Shown: in pieces, positions 51,896-64,000 of the stretch
Numbering within the stretch: the stretch's first letter is position 1
Layout of the letters: each line of letters opens with the position of its first letter
Origin: Antedon mediterranea
Lineage: Eukaryota; Animalia; Echinodermata
DNA: 64,000 bases
Assembly (NCBI RefSeq): GCF_964355755.1
Contig: NC_092677.1
Location: forward strand, 11,616,101-11,680,100
Direction of reading: 5' to 3'
The notes under the pieces: generated by a model
Seen by the model: only the letters and a program-made list of their open reading frames with translations
Database searches by the model: none
Told to the model about the DNA's origin: nothing
Translations under genes and position numbers: made by a program

Positions 51896-52569
51896 TTTCA
51901 TTTAATGGAACAGATTCAAACAAACTTTATCTGGATTCGATAGGCTATTGTCCTCCTCCTTCCAATAGTTACATTTTATTAGTAAACACGTTTTAACAGA
52001 TGGTGTTATTTGAACTACAACAAATAGAGCAATATGTTTGTCATGCTTGTACTTATTCGGTTTGTGAATGTATGAAAACAAAGGTCTGCTGGCCAGCAAG
52101 CCCAACATTGATTAGATAACCCTCTAAATACCATGAACTATTTGCTTCTCAAATACAACCTAATTGTACTTGATGATATAAACAGATAATCATTATATAG
52201 GTTTATGAATCTAAATAACACTTGTGTCAACAATGATATCTTCATGACCCAGAGGCACATTGATTTGTATTTTTGTTTGAACAAGCAGTAGATAGTTTAT
52301 TGTGTCCAGCCTTCATGCATGATGTCCAAGATAACAATACAATTGGAAACCAATTATTTTACACATTCTCTCAGAAACAGTGGTTCCGCTTTTAATTGAA
52401 TTTCCACCTGGGCCTGGTCTATACAGGGAGATGTAAAATAAATTTTTACATCTCTCTGGTTTATACTTCTACCACAATATTACTTTTCCATCTAAAGTTT
52501 AAATTCATCCCCGCGGCCGTCGTACATTGGTGGCGCCTCTTATAGAAAAAGCTAAAAAAAAAAAAAAAG
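51896..52569. promoter_or_regulatory. Short divergent intergenic region, probable bidirectional promoter (GAL3ST copy B / NAE1)
   Basis: Head-to-head ATGs are ~675 bp apart, with a local CpG-rich patch at 52509-52540 (CCCCGCGGCCGTCG..TGGCGCCTCT). Confidence 0.5.
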
Positions 52570-55500
52570 ATGGCTGCGCCCGTCATTCGGAAGAATGTTG
52601 ATAAAAAAGCAAAATATGACCGCCAATTAAGGTACTTTTCTTGATTGCTTTGAAACAGTTGACAGTGAAGTTGTTCTAACTTTAAACATAAGACAGATAG
52701 ATACTCTATAGTATAATTATTAGCCTAGATTCTCTAGGCTTAGTCGAGTCAGACGACGAGCATAGGAAGACGGATGGTGACCGATCGGGCCAACAAGAAG
52801 AGTGTGTGAATTGGACGTTCGGGCCTAAAATCCACAAAAAAAAAAAAAGATGTTGACCTATGCTAAACCAGGGAGTTGTTATATATATATCTTGTTTGTA
52901 GTAGGCTCCTATCTAGGCCTACTACTAGGTCATTATCTCAACTGCATCGTAATATTTTATTTGATTTAGGTTATGGGGAGATCATGGCCAAACATTATTG
53001 GAAAATGCTAAAATCTGTTTGATCAATGCTTCAGCTACTGGTACAGAGATTCTGAAGAATCTTATTCTTCCAGGAATTGGTTCATTCACAATTATTGATG
53101 GAAACAAAGTAAAAGGAGAAGATGTTGGTAACAAGTAAGGTTTACGGTTATTGTTACACCTCCTCCTACTTTACTATATGTCTGTATCTGTATTTATTGT
53201 CTTTTTTATGTTATTCCACCATGCCAGTCCGTGTTTCGATTTCTGTCTACTAGCTTATGTATTATACATATGAAACGCAAAATGTGCCAAAATATTTATC
53301 TTTCTATCTATCTATCTACAAATATCAGCCTAGAAGCCAGACTTGCCTCCTACAAATTAAACATCATGTTTATTAGATAAATTGTTACATAAATTGCGCT
53401 CTTGTGAACAAAATTGAAAATGAATTTGCAAAAACAACACATGAAAATTAATAAGATATTGATCCGTTTCTTTCAGTTTTTTCCTATCTCAAGATAGCAT
53501 TGGAAAATCACGTGCTCAGGTTGCTACAGAGTTACTACTGGAGCTTAATAATGATGTCACTGGTAATGCTGTAGAAGAGGTATAAAAGGCCATCTAATTC
53601 CCTCTTTATGATAATTTTTAAATAATTATATAATATATTATAATAATTATTACTTTAATTTATCATTTGTAGGATTTATTTTATTTACAGTACATGCCTA
53701 CAGTAAAGGTCTGCCTACACTATCAAACTAGTTTGACGAAAACAAGTGTGGTGTGCCCAAATATGGTAGAGATATGACATGACACCATCATGTCCATATA
53801 TGGGCACATCACTTTTTTTTTGTCACATAAACTTTGATAGTGCAGACAGAGCTTAATACTCTGGTGAACACCTTTTTTTATGATGTGGTTTGTGAATTAG
53901 ATTATTGGATGTTCATTAATTTAAATTTTCATCAAGTTATATATTTCCAACAATTAAAACAAAATCTGTAAGTCGTATAAACATTCATTTTCAAATCTAA
54001 AAAAATTATTTGATTCTTTTTTTCAATTTTAGTCACCAGAACAGATTCTAGAAAATAATCCTGAATATCTGAAAAGCTTCACAATTGTGATTGTCACCAG
54101 TCTTGTTGAAAGGTAAATTATTTAGATAGGCATTGTGATTGGTTGAACTTTGACACCCAGATGCTCATATATACAAACTTTATTATTGTGTTAATGAATG
54201 GAATCTCACTGTTAACCACCACACAGAGTAGATTTACAAACACATACTAAATTATATACATTATCTTATCATCTTCATTACATTACAGTTATGAAAATAA
54301 TTAACATACTGTAGTATGTATGCCTAGCACTGAGTTTATATACATTATAATCGAAGAAGATTACTAAAAATATGACGATGAAATCAGTAAAATTATATTA
54401 TAGATATATAGTATACTATTGGGTTACCTGTTCAATGGACATCTATATAAATGAGTGAATTCATTATCAACTTTCTGGGAATTGATAGTGACGTACAGAA
54501 TATGCCAGAGAATTACCAAAATCGGCACAAGTAAATTGGTCTAAAAAACACATTTTTTGCAATTAATGGCTGTTGTAACATATAAAGGCCCAAATTTATT
54601 CATGGATTTCTTGTTTTTTTTTAGAACATTACTAGACCTGTCATCTATTCTATATGCTGCAGATATACCATTACTTGTGTGTAGAAGTTATGGTATGATA
54701 GGCTACATGAGGCTGGTAGTGAATGAACACACAGGTACTGTAGTAGAACATCTTTTTAAGATACCAATTTGGTCTATTAAAATAGACCAAATTGGTATCC
54801 ACAAATTTTAAGCACTCTCTGTCTACACTATCAAATTTTATGTGACCAAAAATGTGATGTGTCTATATATGGACATGATGAGGTCATATTACTACCATAT
54901 TTGGGCATATCTCACTTTTTTGTCAAACTAGTTTGATAGTGTAGACAGAGCTTTAGTCACAGACTTTATTGAATATTAACCAATTGTGTTGTCTCTTTCA
55001 TGTAGTTATTGAATCTCAACCTGACAACGCACATGAGGACCTCCGATTGGATAAACCTCTTGCCGGGCTTGTTGAATATGCAAATTCATTAGATTTGGAA
55101 GCAATGACTAAACAGGTATTTACATGTTGTTAAAGTAGTTCCGTTGCAGTTTCATTGTTATTTAAAAAAATCTAATTTTAATCAAATTAATTAAAAATAT
55201 ATTTTTCCATATAGGAACATATGCACACACCATATTTGGTATTATTGTATAAATTCTTAGAGAAATGGAAAGAAACGGTAAGTTGCTGTGGTTTATATTT
55301 TCTTAATTTAAAAAATTTGTTTCAAGATTTTTGTTTAGATTCAAGTTCTGTTTTCAAATATTCAGAATGCATCTTATTATTAAATTATTAAAATTTAATT
55401 GATTGAATGCTTCTGCAATGAGTCTATTGTAGTAGCATGCCACAAAGGGAATAACAAAGGGGCTGCAGTGGGTGCATAACAATAACAATACATTTGCCTT

Positions 55501-58500
55501 TATTTTAGTTACTATTTTGTGTTTTGTGTGTTTTACATGATTTTCTGTAGCACAATGGACAGGTTCCGAAAAATTACAAAGAAAAGACGAGCTTTAAAGA
55601 TCTCTTAAGAAGTGGAATACGAAAGAATGAGCATGGCGTTCCCGAGGATGAAGAGAACTTTGATGAGGCTATTATGGCCGTTAATACTGCCCTCAATCCT
55701 AGTAAAATACCCTCTGAGGTTCAAGGAATAATTGATGATCCAGCATGTACAAATTTATCATCTGAGGTACACATTTAGATTTAAATTAGACTACTGTTTT
55801 AGTTTATTTTTTGTTTTTAGATGCATATCATTAAAATGCAGTCTATAATAATATTTTATTTATTTATATTTTATTGTTCTTCATACATTTTGTATACATA
55901 TTGTTCTTTATATTATTTTCAGGTATTATTCTTATATGTATTGTCGAGGTGTTAATGAGACAAGCCATTGCTTCTAGTGCGGGCCCCAGTTATTGAATTG
56001 AATTGAAATATATATTTATACTGGGTAACCTCTTTAGTCAAAGACTGGTCTCCCAGAGGGCCCGGGGTAACCCCCTACTCGTCTCGAAAGATGTACTAGG
56101 TTCTTTAAAGTGCACACGAGCTAGATGTGTACACTGGACCTACGGTTTATAGTCCTTATCCGAGAAGACTCGTTGTACCACCAGAACCATTGAGTGAGTG
56201 AGCCTCGAACCCCTGCCGATGTTATGGCTACTTAATTACGGTTCCACTGTCTTAACCGCTCGGCCACTCGGCCACTTATTGTTATAATTGAATAAATGTG
56301 TATATATGAATGAATGAAATACGTACAGTTAACGACCCAGATAACCTGCATATCAAATATTCCTGAGTTACGTTTCGTTTACGCATTTTTCTACGTCACA
56401 AAAAGTAAATGAAAATTCTAATATGCGTGCGCATTAGTGAAAATTTTTGATTCGCATGAATAAATTCGTCCAGTGGAAAACGGGTTTTAAGCTTCCCATT
56501 CATATTTGTTTTCTATTTAATTGTTGACCTTTCTGTCATATTTATTCATATATTTCTGTAGAGTTCATCGTTTTGGATTATGGCGCAGGCTTTAAAACAA
56601 TTCATTGCAAATGAAGGAAATGGGATGTTACCACTCAGGGGGGCAATACCAGACATGACGGCAGATTCAAAAAGATACATACAACTTCAAAATATGTGAG
56701 ATTTATACTTTATTTTCATCTAATTTAAAATCCAAATGAATGGTGTTGTAGGGACCCCATAGATTGTGCAATAAAGCCCCTTTCACATTGGCGTACCATA
56801 CTTGGTCTAACTGCTACTTATAGACTTGCCTTAAGTCTGTGTTTATTGCCTTTTTTTTCTGTTAGCCCACACATTTCGATTTTTGTCTGGAAAATATGTA
56901 TTTGTGAGTACTATACGTATGGATCGGCATATGTGCCAAAATATTTGTCTTTTTGCTAATATTAATACGATCTATAACCTATACTAAACTGCTAGAAAAA
57001 ATTGAATTCGCAATTGATTGTTTATTGTTAGCTATTCATTGTATACACTTTTAATATTTTTTAGATATAAGGAGCAAGCAAGGACAGATTGCATAGCAGT
57101 TACTTCAAGAGTGCAACAAATTTTAACATCTCTTGGAAAAGTAAAAATATTTTTGCTTTGATTACGGAATTTAAAAGAAAACTGTTCTATTGAGCCAAGC
57201 TGCTAATTGTGTTTGGTAGACTGACTTAGAGACCAAAGAATAATGATTGCGTTGTATTGACGGATCGACTTACAAACTGACCAATGAAATGAGTTTCAGA
57301 TTGATTATGATCAACCAATGATTATGTTTGGTAGATTCACTACTTGACTTAAGCTCTGTTTACACTATCAAACAAGTTTGACAAAATAATGTGTGATGTG
57401 CCCAAATATAGTAGTGATATGCTCAAATAATAATGGTAGTGATATGACATCATGTCAACATATGGGCACATCACATATTGTTGTCACATAAATTGATAGT
57501 GTGGACAGAGCTTTAGACCAACCCATTGTGCATTGTGTTGGATAAACTGACCAACTGACAAAGTTTTTTAACATTATTATTCCAAAATTATTATATTTAA
57601 TATATTATTTTAATTTATTAAACAATTCATTTACATTTGCTTGTACAGGCTTCCGACACCATACAAGATAATGAAATTAAACTTTTCTGTAAAAATTCTG
57701 CCTTCCTACGTGTTATCCGATGCCGATCGTTGACACAGGAATATTCTCCGGATTCTGCAGCTACACAAGAAATATGTAAATAAGCTATTTTTTTAGTATC
57801 AATTAACTTGTATACAGTAGAACCTCATTAAGGGGACACCTCTGGGACCCTACAAAGTGTCTAACCCTACAAAGTGTCTAACCCTACAAAGTGTCTAACC
57901 CTACAAAGTGTCTAACCCTACAAAGTGTCTAACCCTACAAAGTGTCTAACCCTACAAAGTGTCTAACCCTACAAAGTGTCTAACCTTACAAAGTGTCTAA
58001 CCCTACAAAGTGTCTAACCCTACAAAGTGTCTAACCCTACAAAGTGTCTAACCCTACAAAATGCCTAACCCTACAAAATGCCTAACCCTACAAAATGCCT
58101 AACCCTACAAAGTGTCTAACCCTACAAAGTGTCTAACCCTACAAAGTGTCTAACCCTACAAAGTGTCTAACCCTACAAAGTGTCTAACCCTACAAAGTGT
58201 CTAACCCTACAAAATGCCTAACCCTACAAAATGCCTAACCCTACAAAATGCCTAACCCTACAAAGTGTCTAACCCTACAAAGTGTCTAACCCTACAAAGT
58301 GTCTAACCCTACAAAGTGTCTAACCCTACAAAGTGTCTAACCCTACAAAGTGTCTAACCCTACAAAGTGCCTAACCTACAAAGTGTCTAACCCTACAAAG
58401 TGTCTAACCCTACAAAGTGCCTAACCTACAAAGTGTCTAACCCTACAAAGTGTCTAACCCTACAAAGTGTCTAACCCTACAAAGTGTCTAACCCTACAAA

Positions 58501-61500
58501 GTGTCTAACCCTACAAAGTGCCTAACCCTACAAAATGCCTAACCCTACAAAGTGTCTAACCCTACAAAGTGTCTAACCCTACAAAATGCCTAACCCTACA
58601 AAGTGCCTAACCTACAAAGTGTCTAACCCTACAAAGTGTCTAACCCTACAAAGTGTCTAACCCTACAAAGTGTCTAACCCTACAAAGTGTCTAACCCTAC
58701 AAAGTGCCTAACCCTACAAAATGCCTAACCCTACAAAGTGTCTAACCCTACAAAGTGTCTAACCCTACAAAGTGTCTAACCCTACAAAATGCCTAACCCT
58801 ACAAAGTGTCTAACCCTACAAAGTGTCTAACCCTACAAAGTGTCTAACCCTACAAAGTGTCTAACCCTACAAGGTGTCTAACCCTACAAAGTGTCTAACC
58901 CTACAAAGTGTCTAACCCTACAAAGTGTCTAACCCTACAAAGTGTCTAACCCTACAAAGTGTCTAACCTTACAAAGTGTCTAACCCTACAAAGTGTCTAA
59001 CCCTACAAAGTGTCTAACCCTACAAAGTGTCTAACCCTACAAAGTGTCTAACCCTACAAAGTGTCTAACCCTACAATGTGTCTAACCTTACAAAGTGTCT
59101 AACCAACAAAGTGTCTAACCTTACAAAGTGTCTAACCCTACAAAGTGTCTAACCCTACAAAGTGTCTAACCCTACAAAGTGTCTAACCCTACAAAGTGTC
59201 TAACCCTACAAAGTGTCTAACCCTACAAAGTGTCTAACCCTACAAAGTGTCTAACCTTACAAAGTGTCTAACCTTACAATGTGTCTAACCCTACAAAGTG
59301 TCTAACCCTTACAAAGTGTCTAACCCTACAAAGTGTCTAACCCTACAAAGTGTCTAACCCTTACAAAATGCCTAACCCTACAAAGTGTCTAACCCTACAA
59401 AGTGTCTAACCCTACAAAGTGTCTAACCCTTACAAAGTGTCTAACCCTACAAAGTGTCTAACCCTACAATGTGTCTAACCCTACAAAGTGTCTAACCCTA
59501 CAAAGTGTCTAACCCTACAAAGTGCCTAACCAACAAAGTGTCTCCTTGATGGAAGTGTCCCTGAATATAGGTTGGCCGTAGTGTTAACAAATATAGTGGC
59601 TCTTGATCGTTTCACAAGTGTCCAAAAGGAGGAGTTTTACAGTATTATTATAATACTGCTCAGGCCTAATTATTCAGGTATTAAATAACATGCTCAGTTT
59701 CAATTTAAATCACAATTCATCTCAACAAATCTAAATTTGGAGAAGGTTTGACGAAACAATTTTGTTTTTGTATTTAAATAGCAATGAATTTTGAAAACCC
59801 TGATAGTGAAATTTACTGGTACATAATGTTGAGGGCAGCAGATAAATTCTACAGTCAATATAGTTATTTCCCGGGCACTTATGACGATCAAGTTGACAGT
59901 GACTCAGTCAAGTTAAAAGTAAGTAAATAAAATCTTTTTTTCTTGTGTTAAAAATCCAAAAGTTAAGAATATCACAATAAAAAATATTTGTTACCTATCC
60001 ATATACAGTGATATAGTGATCATTAGGTTCTAGGACACCTACCCCCTAGACAGTTACCCCCCCCCCCCCCCGGATGTTTACCACCCGGAGAACTACCTCC
60101 TTAGGACAACTACCCCACGAACAACTACCCCCTTAGGACAACTACCCCCTTAGGATAACTACCCCCCCGGACAACAACCCCTTTAGGACAACTACCCGTT
60201 TAGGACAACTACCACCCGGGTAACTATCCCCCGGTCAACTACCCCCCCCCCCCCCCTCCAAATCCAAAAGTAGACAAATATATAGGACCGGTTTCTGTAA
60301 AAATGAAATCATCTGTTTTTAACGGGTGTTTCGAAACTAGAGACCCGAGACCAGAGACCTGACACGAGACCCAATACGAACAGGGAGACCTATATTTGGG
60401 TCTCCCTTTTCGTATATTAGGGTATCCCTTTTCGTATAGTGTGGTCTCTCTTTTCGTATAGTGGGGTCTCCCTTTTCTTATAGTGGGTCTCCCTTTTCGT
60501 ATATTTGGGTCTCCCATTTTGTATATTTGGGTCTCCCTTTTCGTATATTTGGGTCTCCCTTTTCGTATATTTAGGTCTCCTTTTTCGTATATTAGGGTCT
60601 CCCTTTTCGTATAGTGGGGTCTCCCTTTTCGTATAATGGGGTCTCCCTTTTCGTACGTGGGTCTCCCTTTTCGTATATTTAGGTCTCCCTTTTCGTATTG
60701 GGTCTCGGGTCTCTGGTCTCTGGTCTCGGGTCTCTAGTTTCGAAACACCCGTTTTTAACCGATTATTCTGTTTAACAGCACGCTAGATGTAGATGTGCTA
60801 GATTTAAAGTACCGTATTTATTAAAAAAACGGCCTGGGCTGTTTATTGTTTAGGTGGTTTTTAGGTGGACATTTATTGGAAGAAAGTTGTTTATTCAATG
60901 GGAGGGGGTATAATCTAATGGAAATAGACGCCGATTATTCCATATGATGTTTCATTGGAGTGACATGGTCACCGTTTATTTGAGGGGAATTTATTTAAAG
61001 AACGCCGTTTATTCGGTGAGTGAACATTGAGGTCAAATATCAAAAGTGATATTATTCTTCAAGTGTACAAAAATACATATATGACAAATTTGAGACAAAA
61101 ATTAATTCTTTTAAGACCAGTGGTTATCGAAGCATTGTCCTGACGCAAAAATTATTATTATTATTAGCGAACCCAGTCTTTACAGTAAATACAGGGAGTA
61201 CTATATAATACGTTCGACTATCCTATGATCATTTGTGACAATCTTCAGTTTATACCAGGCTATATTTATGTTCAATCTTTTACTTTTGTTTACAATAATG
61301 AATAGTAATTCGTCAAAGTAACGAATTAAAATATAGTTATTAATTCCTATTATACACTGTTGCAGAGTCAGGTTGTTGAATGGTCTGGGTGGTAGTTGTC
61401 CGTCCGGGGGATAGTTGTTCTAAAGGGATAGTTTTCTGGGTGGTAGTTGTCCAGGGGTTAGTTGTCCTGCGGAGGTAGTTGTCCTAAAAGATTATTTGCC

Positions 61501-62520
61501 CTCGGAGTATTGTCTAGGTCCAGGAGGTAGTTGTCTGTACATTGAGAACACTCAAACCCACGACCTCCAGATCACTAGCCTGGCGTTTCTCAATGAACAC
61601 AAAATTACGTCAGAGTGGGGAAACACATCTGACCAATTACTCAACTCCCAGAGGCAAAGCTATTTCACAGTAGTTAAACACAGTTATTCAATAGTATAAT
61701 GTTATATGCTGGATGTACAGTATTATCTAAGGTCTGGCTAATGTAATGTTATTACTGTACTTACTACAATAGAGCTGTGTATGCAGTATATTGCAAGAAA
61801 TGACACTGGGATCTTTACCTAAAGAAGATTATATACAAGAACTGTAAGATTGATTTTTTTTTTATTTATTACTGAATACTAGAGCATGTAACTATTGCAA
61901 ACCTCCAAAATGGAGTCTTCCGTAGATTAAAGTCTATCTATGATCAACATTTTGTAAAAATATGTCAGTATAGTTTTTACGTAATCGTGCTGACAAACAC
62001 ACAGACAGACTGATCAAAAGGCGGTGGTAATATTAATGGAAAAATAAATATTTCTTTTATTCCTGTCCACTCAGGCAGCGCTTGCCTGATATATCTATCT
62101 ATCTTTGTCCAAGTACTGTACCTTCACTTGCACTGATGAAGGGCTAGTGTTGCCTGAAAGCTCTGCTAACTTTTCTGGCTGTTTTACTTCATCGTTTTGA
62201 TTTAGCTTTGTGCTTTTTTTCTTGTTTGTATCTCCATTGAGATCCAGCCACTGATACCCACAGCATTGTCATTTTTTCAGTGTTTTGCCTTTGGATTTAT
62301 ATAACTATTAGAGACTGTATATTTTTGGAAAATTTAAATTTACAACACGTCTTTTTATAGGTGTCGATATGGAGCTTGTGAACTTCACTCGGTTGCCTCG
62401 TTCATGGGAGGAGTTGCAGCGCAAGAAGTTATCAAAATTGTAACCAATCAGTTTGTCCCATTTAACAACACATACCTTTACAATGCTATGACAACTACTT
62501 CAGCAACTTTCCAACTTTAA
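52570..62520 (+). CDS. NAE1: NEDD8-activating enzyme E1 regulatory subunit (APPBP1), ~537 aa
   Basis: 14 exons: 52570-52631, 52970-53134, 53477-53579, 54033-54112, 54625-54734, 55006-55115, 55215-55277, 55551-55766, 56562-56695, 57065-57140, 57649-57775, 59782-59918, 61773-61843, 62361-62520 (1614 nt, in frame). Hallmark peptides [81 protein letters not shown]. Confidence 0.97.
54816..54953. mobile_element. High-copy MITE (PIF/Harbinger-like), representative copy; about 11 copies in the window
   Basis: TIR AGCTCTGTCTACACTATCAAACT...AGTTTGATAGTGTAGACAGAGCT, flanked by TAA/TTA. Other copies at ~7571-7713, 9808-9910, 10441-10560, 26198-26315, 31938-32097, 32319-32435, 33660-33820, 51060-51183, 53706-53855 and 57350-57513. 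Confidence 0.9.
55994..56276 (-). mobile_element. tRNA-derived SINE with a Deu/Nin-like central domain and (TTCAA)n tail
   Basis: Minus strand: TGGCCGAGCGGTTAAG (A box), GGTTCGAGGC (B box), GGACTATAAACCGTAGGTCC...TAAAGAACC...TTCGAGACGAGTAGGGG..CCCCGG resembling the DeuSINE core from memory, then TTCAATTCAATTCAA. Confidence 0.75.
57847..59543. repeat. 17-bp minisatellite (ACCCTACAAAGTGTCTA)n, about 100 copies, in NAE1 intron 11
   Basis: Directly visible, with variant units ACCCTACAAAATGCCTA and ACCTTACAAAGTGTCTA. Confidence 0.99.
60026..61540. mobile_element. Outer foldback-like element with repetitive inverted arms
   Basis: Left arm (GGACAACTACCCC)n at 60030-60245 and right arm (GGTAGTTGTCC)n at 61385-61540. 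Confidence 0.6.
60324..60750. mobile_element. Non-autonomous TIR element with a 9-bp TSD (Mutator/foldback-like) and internal ~21-22-bp tandem repeats
   Basis: TIR GGGTGTTTCGAAACTAGAGACCCGAGACCAGAGACC and its exact reverse complement. TSD GTTTTTAAC at 60315-60323 and 60751-60759. Interior is (GGGTCTCCCTTTTCGTATA..)n. Confidence 0.9.
61878..62031 (-). mobile_element. Short HINE-like element related to 41760-42320
   Basis: Minus strand ATTACCACCGCC...GTCTGTCTGTGTGT...GGAGGTTTGCA..CATGCTCTAGT. Confidence 0.6.
62050..62302 (+). mobile_element. Hammerhead-bearing repeat (probable Penelope-like element terminal fragment); other copies ~12410-12585 and ~23090-23305 (degenerate)
   Basis: Shared block CACTTG..GA.GAAGG..TAGTGTT...TTTTCTGGCT.TTT...CCATTGAG.TCCA...TTGGATTT followed by AT-rich sequence in three places. 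Confidence 0.75.
62130..62166 (+). ncRNA. Minimal type I hammerhead ribozyme motif (Penelope-like/retrozyme type)
   Basis: GCA-CTGATGA-A-GGGC-tagtgtt-GCCT-GAAA-GC-TC^-TGC. Core boxes are intact, stem I is GCA/TGC, and stem III is reduced to the palindrome AGCT. Confidence 0.8.
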
Positions 62521-62947
62521 ACATTTAGAACAAAAGAACTGTGCTAAAAAGAATTAAGAGAAACGTTTAATTGAAAAGACTTTTACATAATTATGTAAGA
62601 ATGATGTTTCATGTGACAACTGTAAAAACAAGTAGTTTGGGCGAAGCGACAATAAAATAATAGGCTATATTATAGAGTATTATTGGGTTCCTCAATTTTT
62701 CATTCGCAACCAGTTACAGTTTGTTTTTTATTTGTTATGTTATATAGGCCTTGCTATTTGTTAATAAATGATCGATCGGACGGAATCGCCTTTTGCATAT
62801 TCATGTTAAATATTTATTAATACAGCGCCCTCTCTAGTTTATTTGAGAAAAGAATTCCGTCGTCTGCTGTTTTTTAACGTGCGAAACCAACCCAAGTCGA
62901 CGAAAAAGTGTGTGCCGGTTTATTAATTTACTACAGTACTACAAACT

Positions 62948-64000
62948 ATGGCTTTTGATGGACACGATCTAAATGATTATCTACAGTCTGCAATAAATGT
63001 AGCAAAGGCTGGTGGAGAGGTTCGTTAAAAATAATATATTATTACCTAACCTACTGACTGGGTGGGCTAGCTAGGCCCGGCTTTCTTTTTTAGACTAGCT
63101 AGCTAGCTAGAGCCTCTAGGCTACTAGGCCTAGCCTACTTAGTAGTACTACCTAGCAGACCTGATAGTAGGCCTAGGCTAGCCTAGCCCGTTTAGTTTAC
63201 CTACCACCACTCTCTCTCTAGCTTAGTTAAAGCCCAATGTCCTACTAAGGACTAGGCCCAGTAGCAGTTCAGAGTAAGCCAAGCGTATGATCGGAGCCGG
63301 TTAGCCAGCAGTTCTTCTCCCCTCCCGGCCCCACACAGATATATGATTTATTATAGTTTCAGTAGGGCTTAACCGGTTTTATTTTAATATAAATACTTTT
63401 GGCTGTCTTTTTATTATTATTAGCTCATCATAGAAACATTCTACAAAGAAAAATCTATTGAGACAAAGTCATCATCAGCTGATTTGGTAACTGAGACTGA
63501 CAAAGCAGTTGAAAAACTTATTTTTTCTACATTAAAAAATAAATATCCTCAACATAGGTAAGTGTGGGTCCCACACACACTCTTGGACTTACGGTAATTA
63601 ATAATAGCATTATTCTTTCAGAAATGCGTTTAATGAATATAATAATAAATTTGTATCATCAGTTTCAGTGATCTTATAGACAAATTCTGGTTTTGGAAAA
63701 TTGTGGCATATGGTATAATAAATGAATGCATTCATTGTCCATAACACTGTACTTTTGTGTGAATGAGCATCTGGTCGATTACAAAGTTGTTTTAGTGGTT
63801 GCTTTTTTGTTTAATTATTAATTAAATTTCTGAATAATTTTTAATTGAATATTTATGTTTTGATATTTGCTCACTATGTAAATGTTTTTTTTTATAGTTT
63901 TATAGGTGAAGAGTCAGTCAGTGACGGCGAGGCTGTTGAGTACACAGACAATGCAACATGGATGGTTGACCCTGTGGATGGAACGTGTAACTTTGTCCAC
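62948..64000 (+). CDS. IMPA1: Inositol monophosphatase (IMPA1-like), 5' part, runs off the window
   Basis: Exons 62948-63019, 63424-63557 ([19 protein letters not shown]...KYPQH) and 63898-64000 (FIGEES...[14 protein letters not shown], the IMPase metal-binding signature). Confidence 0.93.

Noticed and set aside
57847-59543. Interstitial telomere
   Set aside because: TAACCC is only part of a 17-bp unit and there is no (TTAGGG)n run.
60239-60517. 92-aa repetitive ORF
   Set aside because: It is a translation of the MITE's internal tandem repeat.

Overview
AT-rich, intron-rich eukaryotic DNA with GT-AG spliced genes, SINEs, LINEs and MITEs. It looks like a marine invertebrate, possibly an echinoderm (inference only). 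Six gene models can be spliced by eye. (1) A + strand adhesion GPCR (GAIN/GPS + 7TM, 7425-12911) carrying two frameshifts. (2) A 16-exon - strand type I membrane protein (38757-14406, ~1252 aa): signal peptide, prodomain ending in RLRR, C-type lectin, CUB, C-type lectin, 3x CUB, EGF, TM, cytoplasmic tail. (3,4) Two tandem galactose-3-O-sulfotransferase-like genes on the - strand. (5) NAE1/APPBP1, 14 exons, ~537 aa. (6) The 5' part of an inositol monophosphatase. Mobile DNA includes a frameshifted CR1-type LINE ORF2, tRNA- and Deu-domain SINEs, several MITE families, Helentron-associated HINE-like elements and two families carrying minimal hammerhead ribozyme motifs. The most unusual items are a (TA)n-anchored ~365-bp tandem array whose units each hold a Pol III-style tRNA cloverleaf with an ATC anticodon, an 8-copy 36-bp repeat that multiplies a splice donor, and a 17-bp minisatellite expanded inside a MITE. 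Coordinates were read by hand and no database searches were run.
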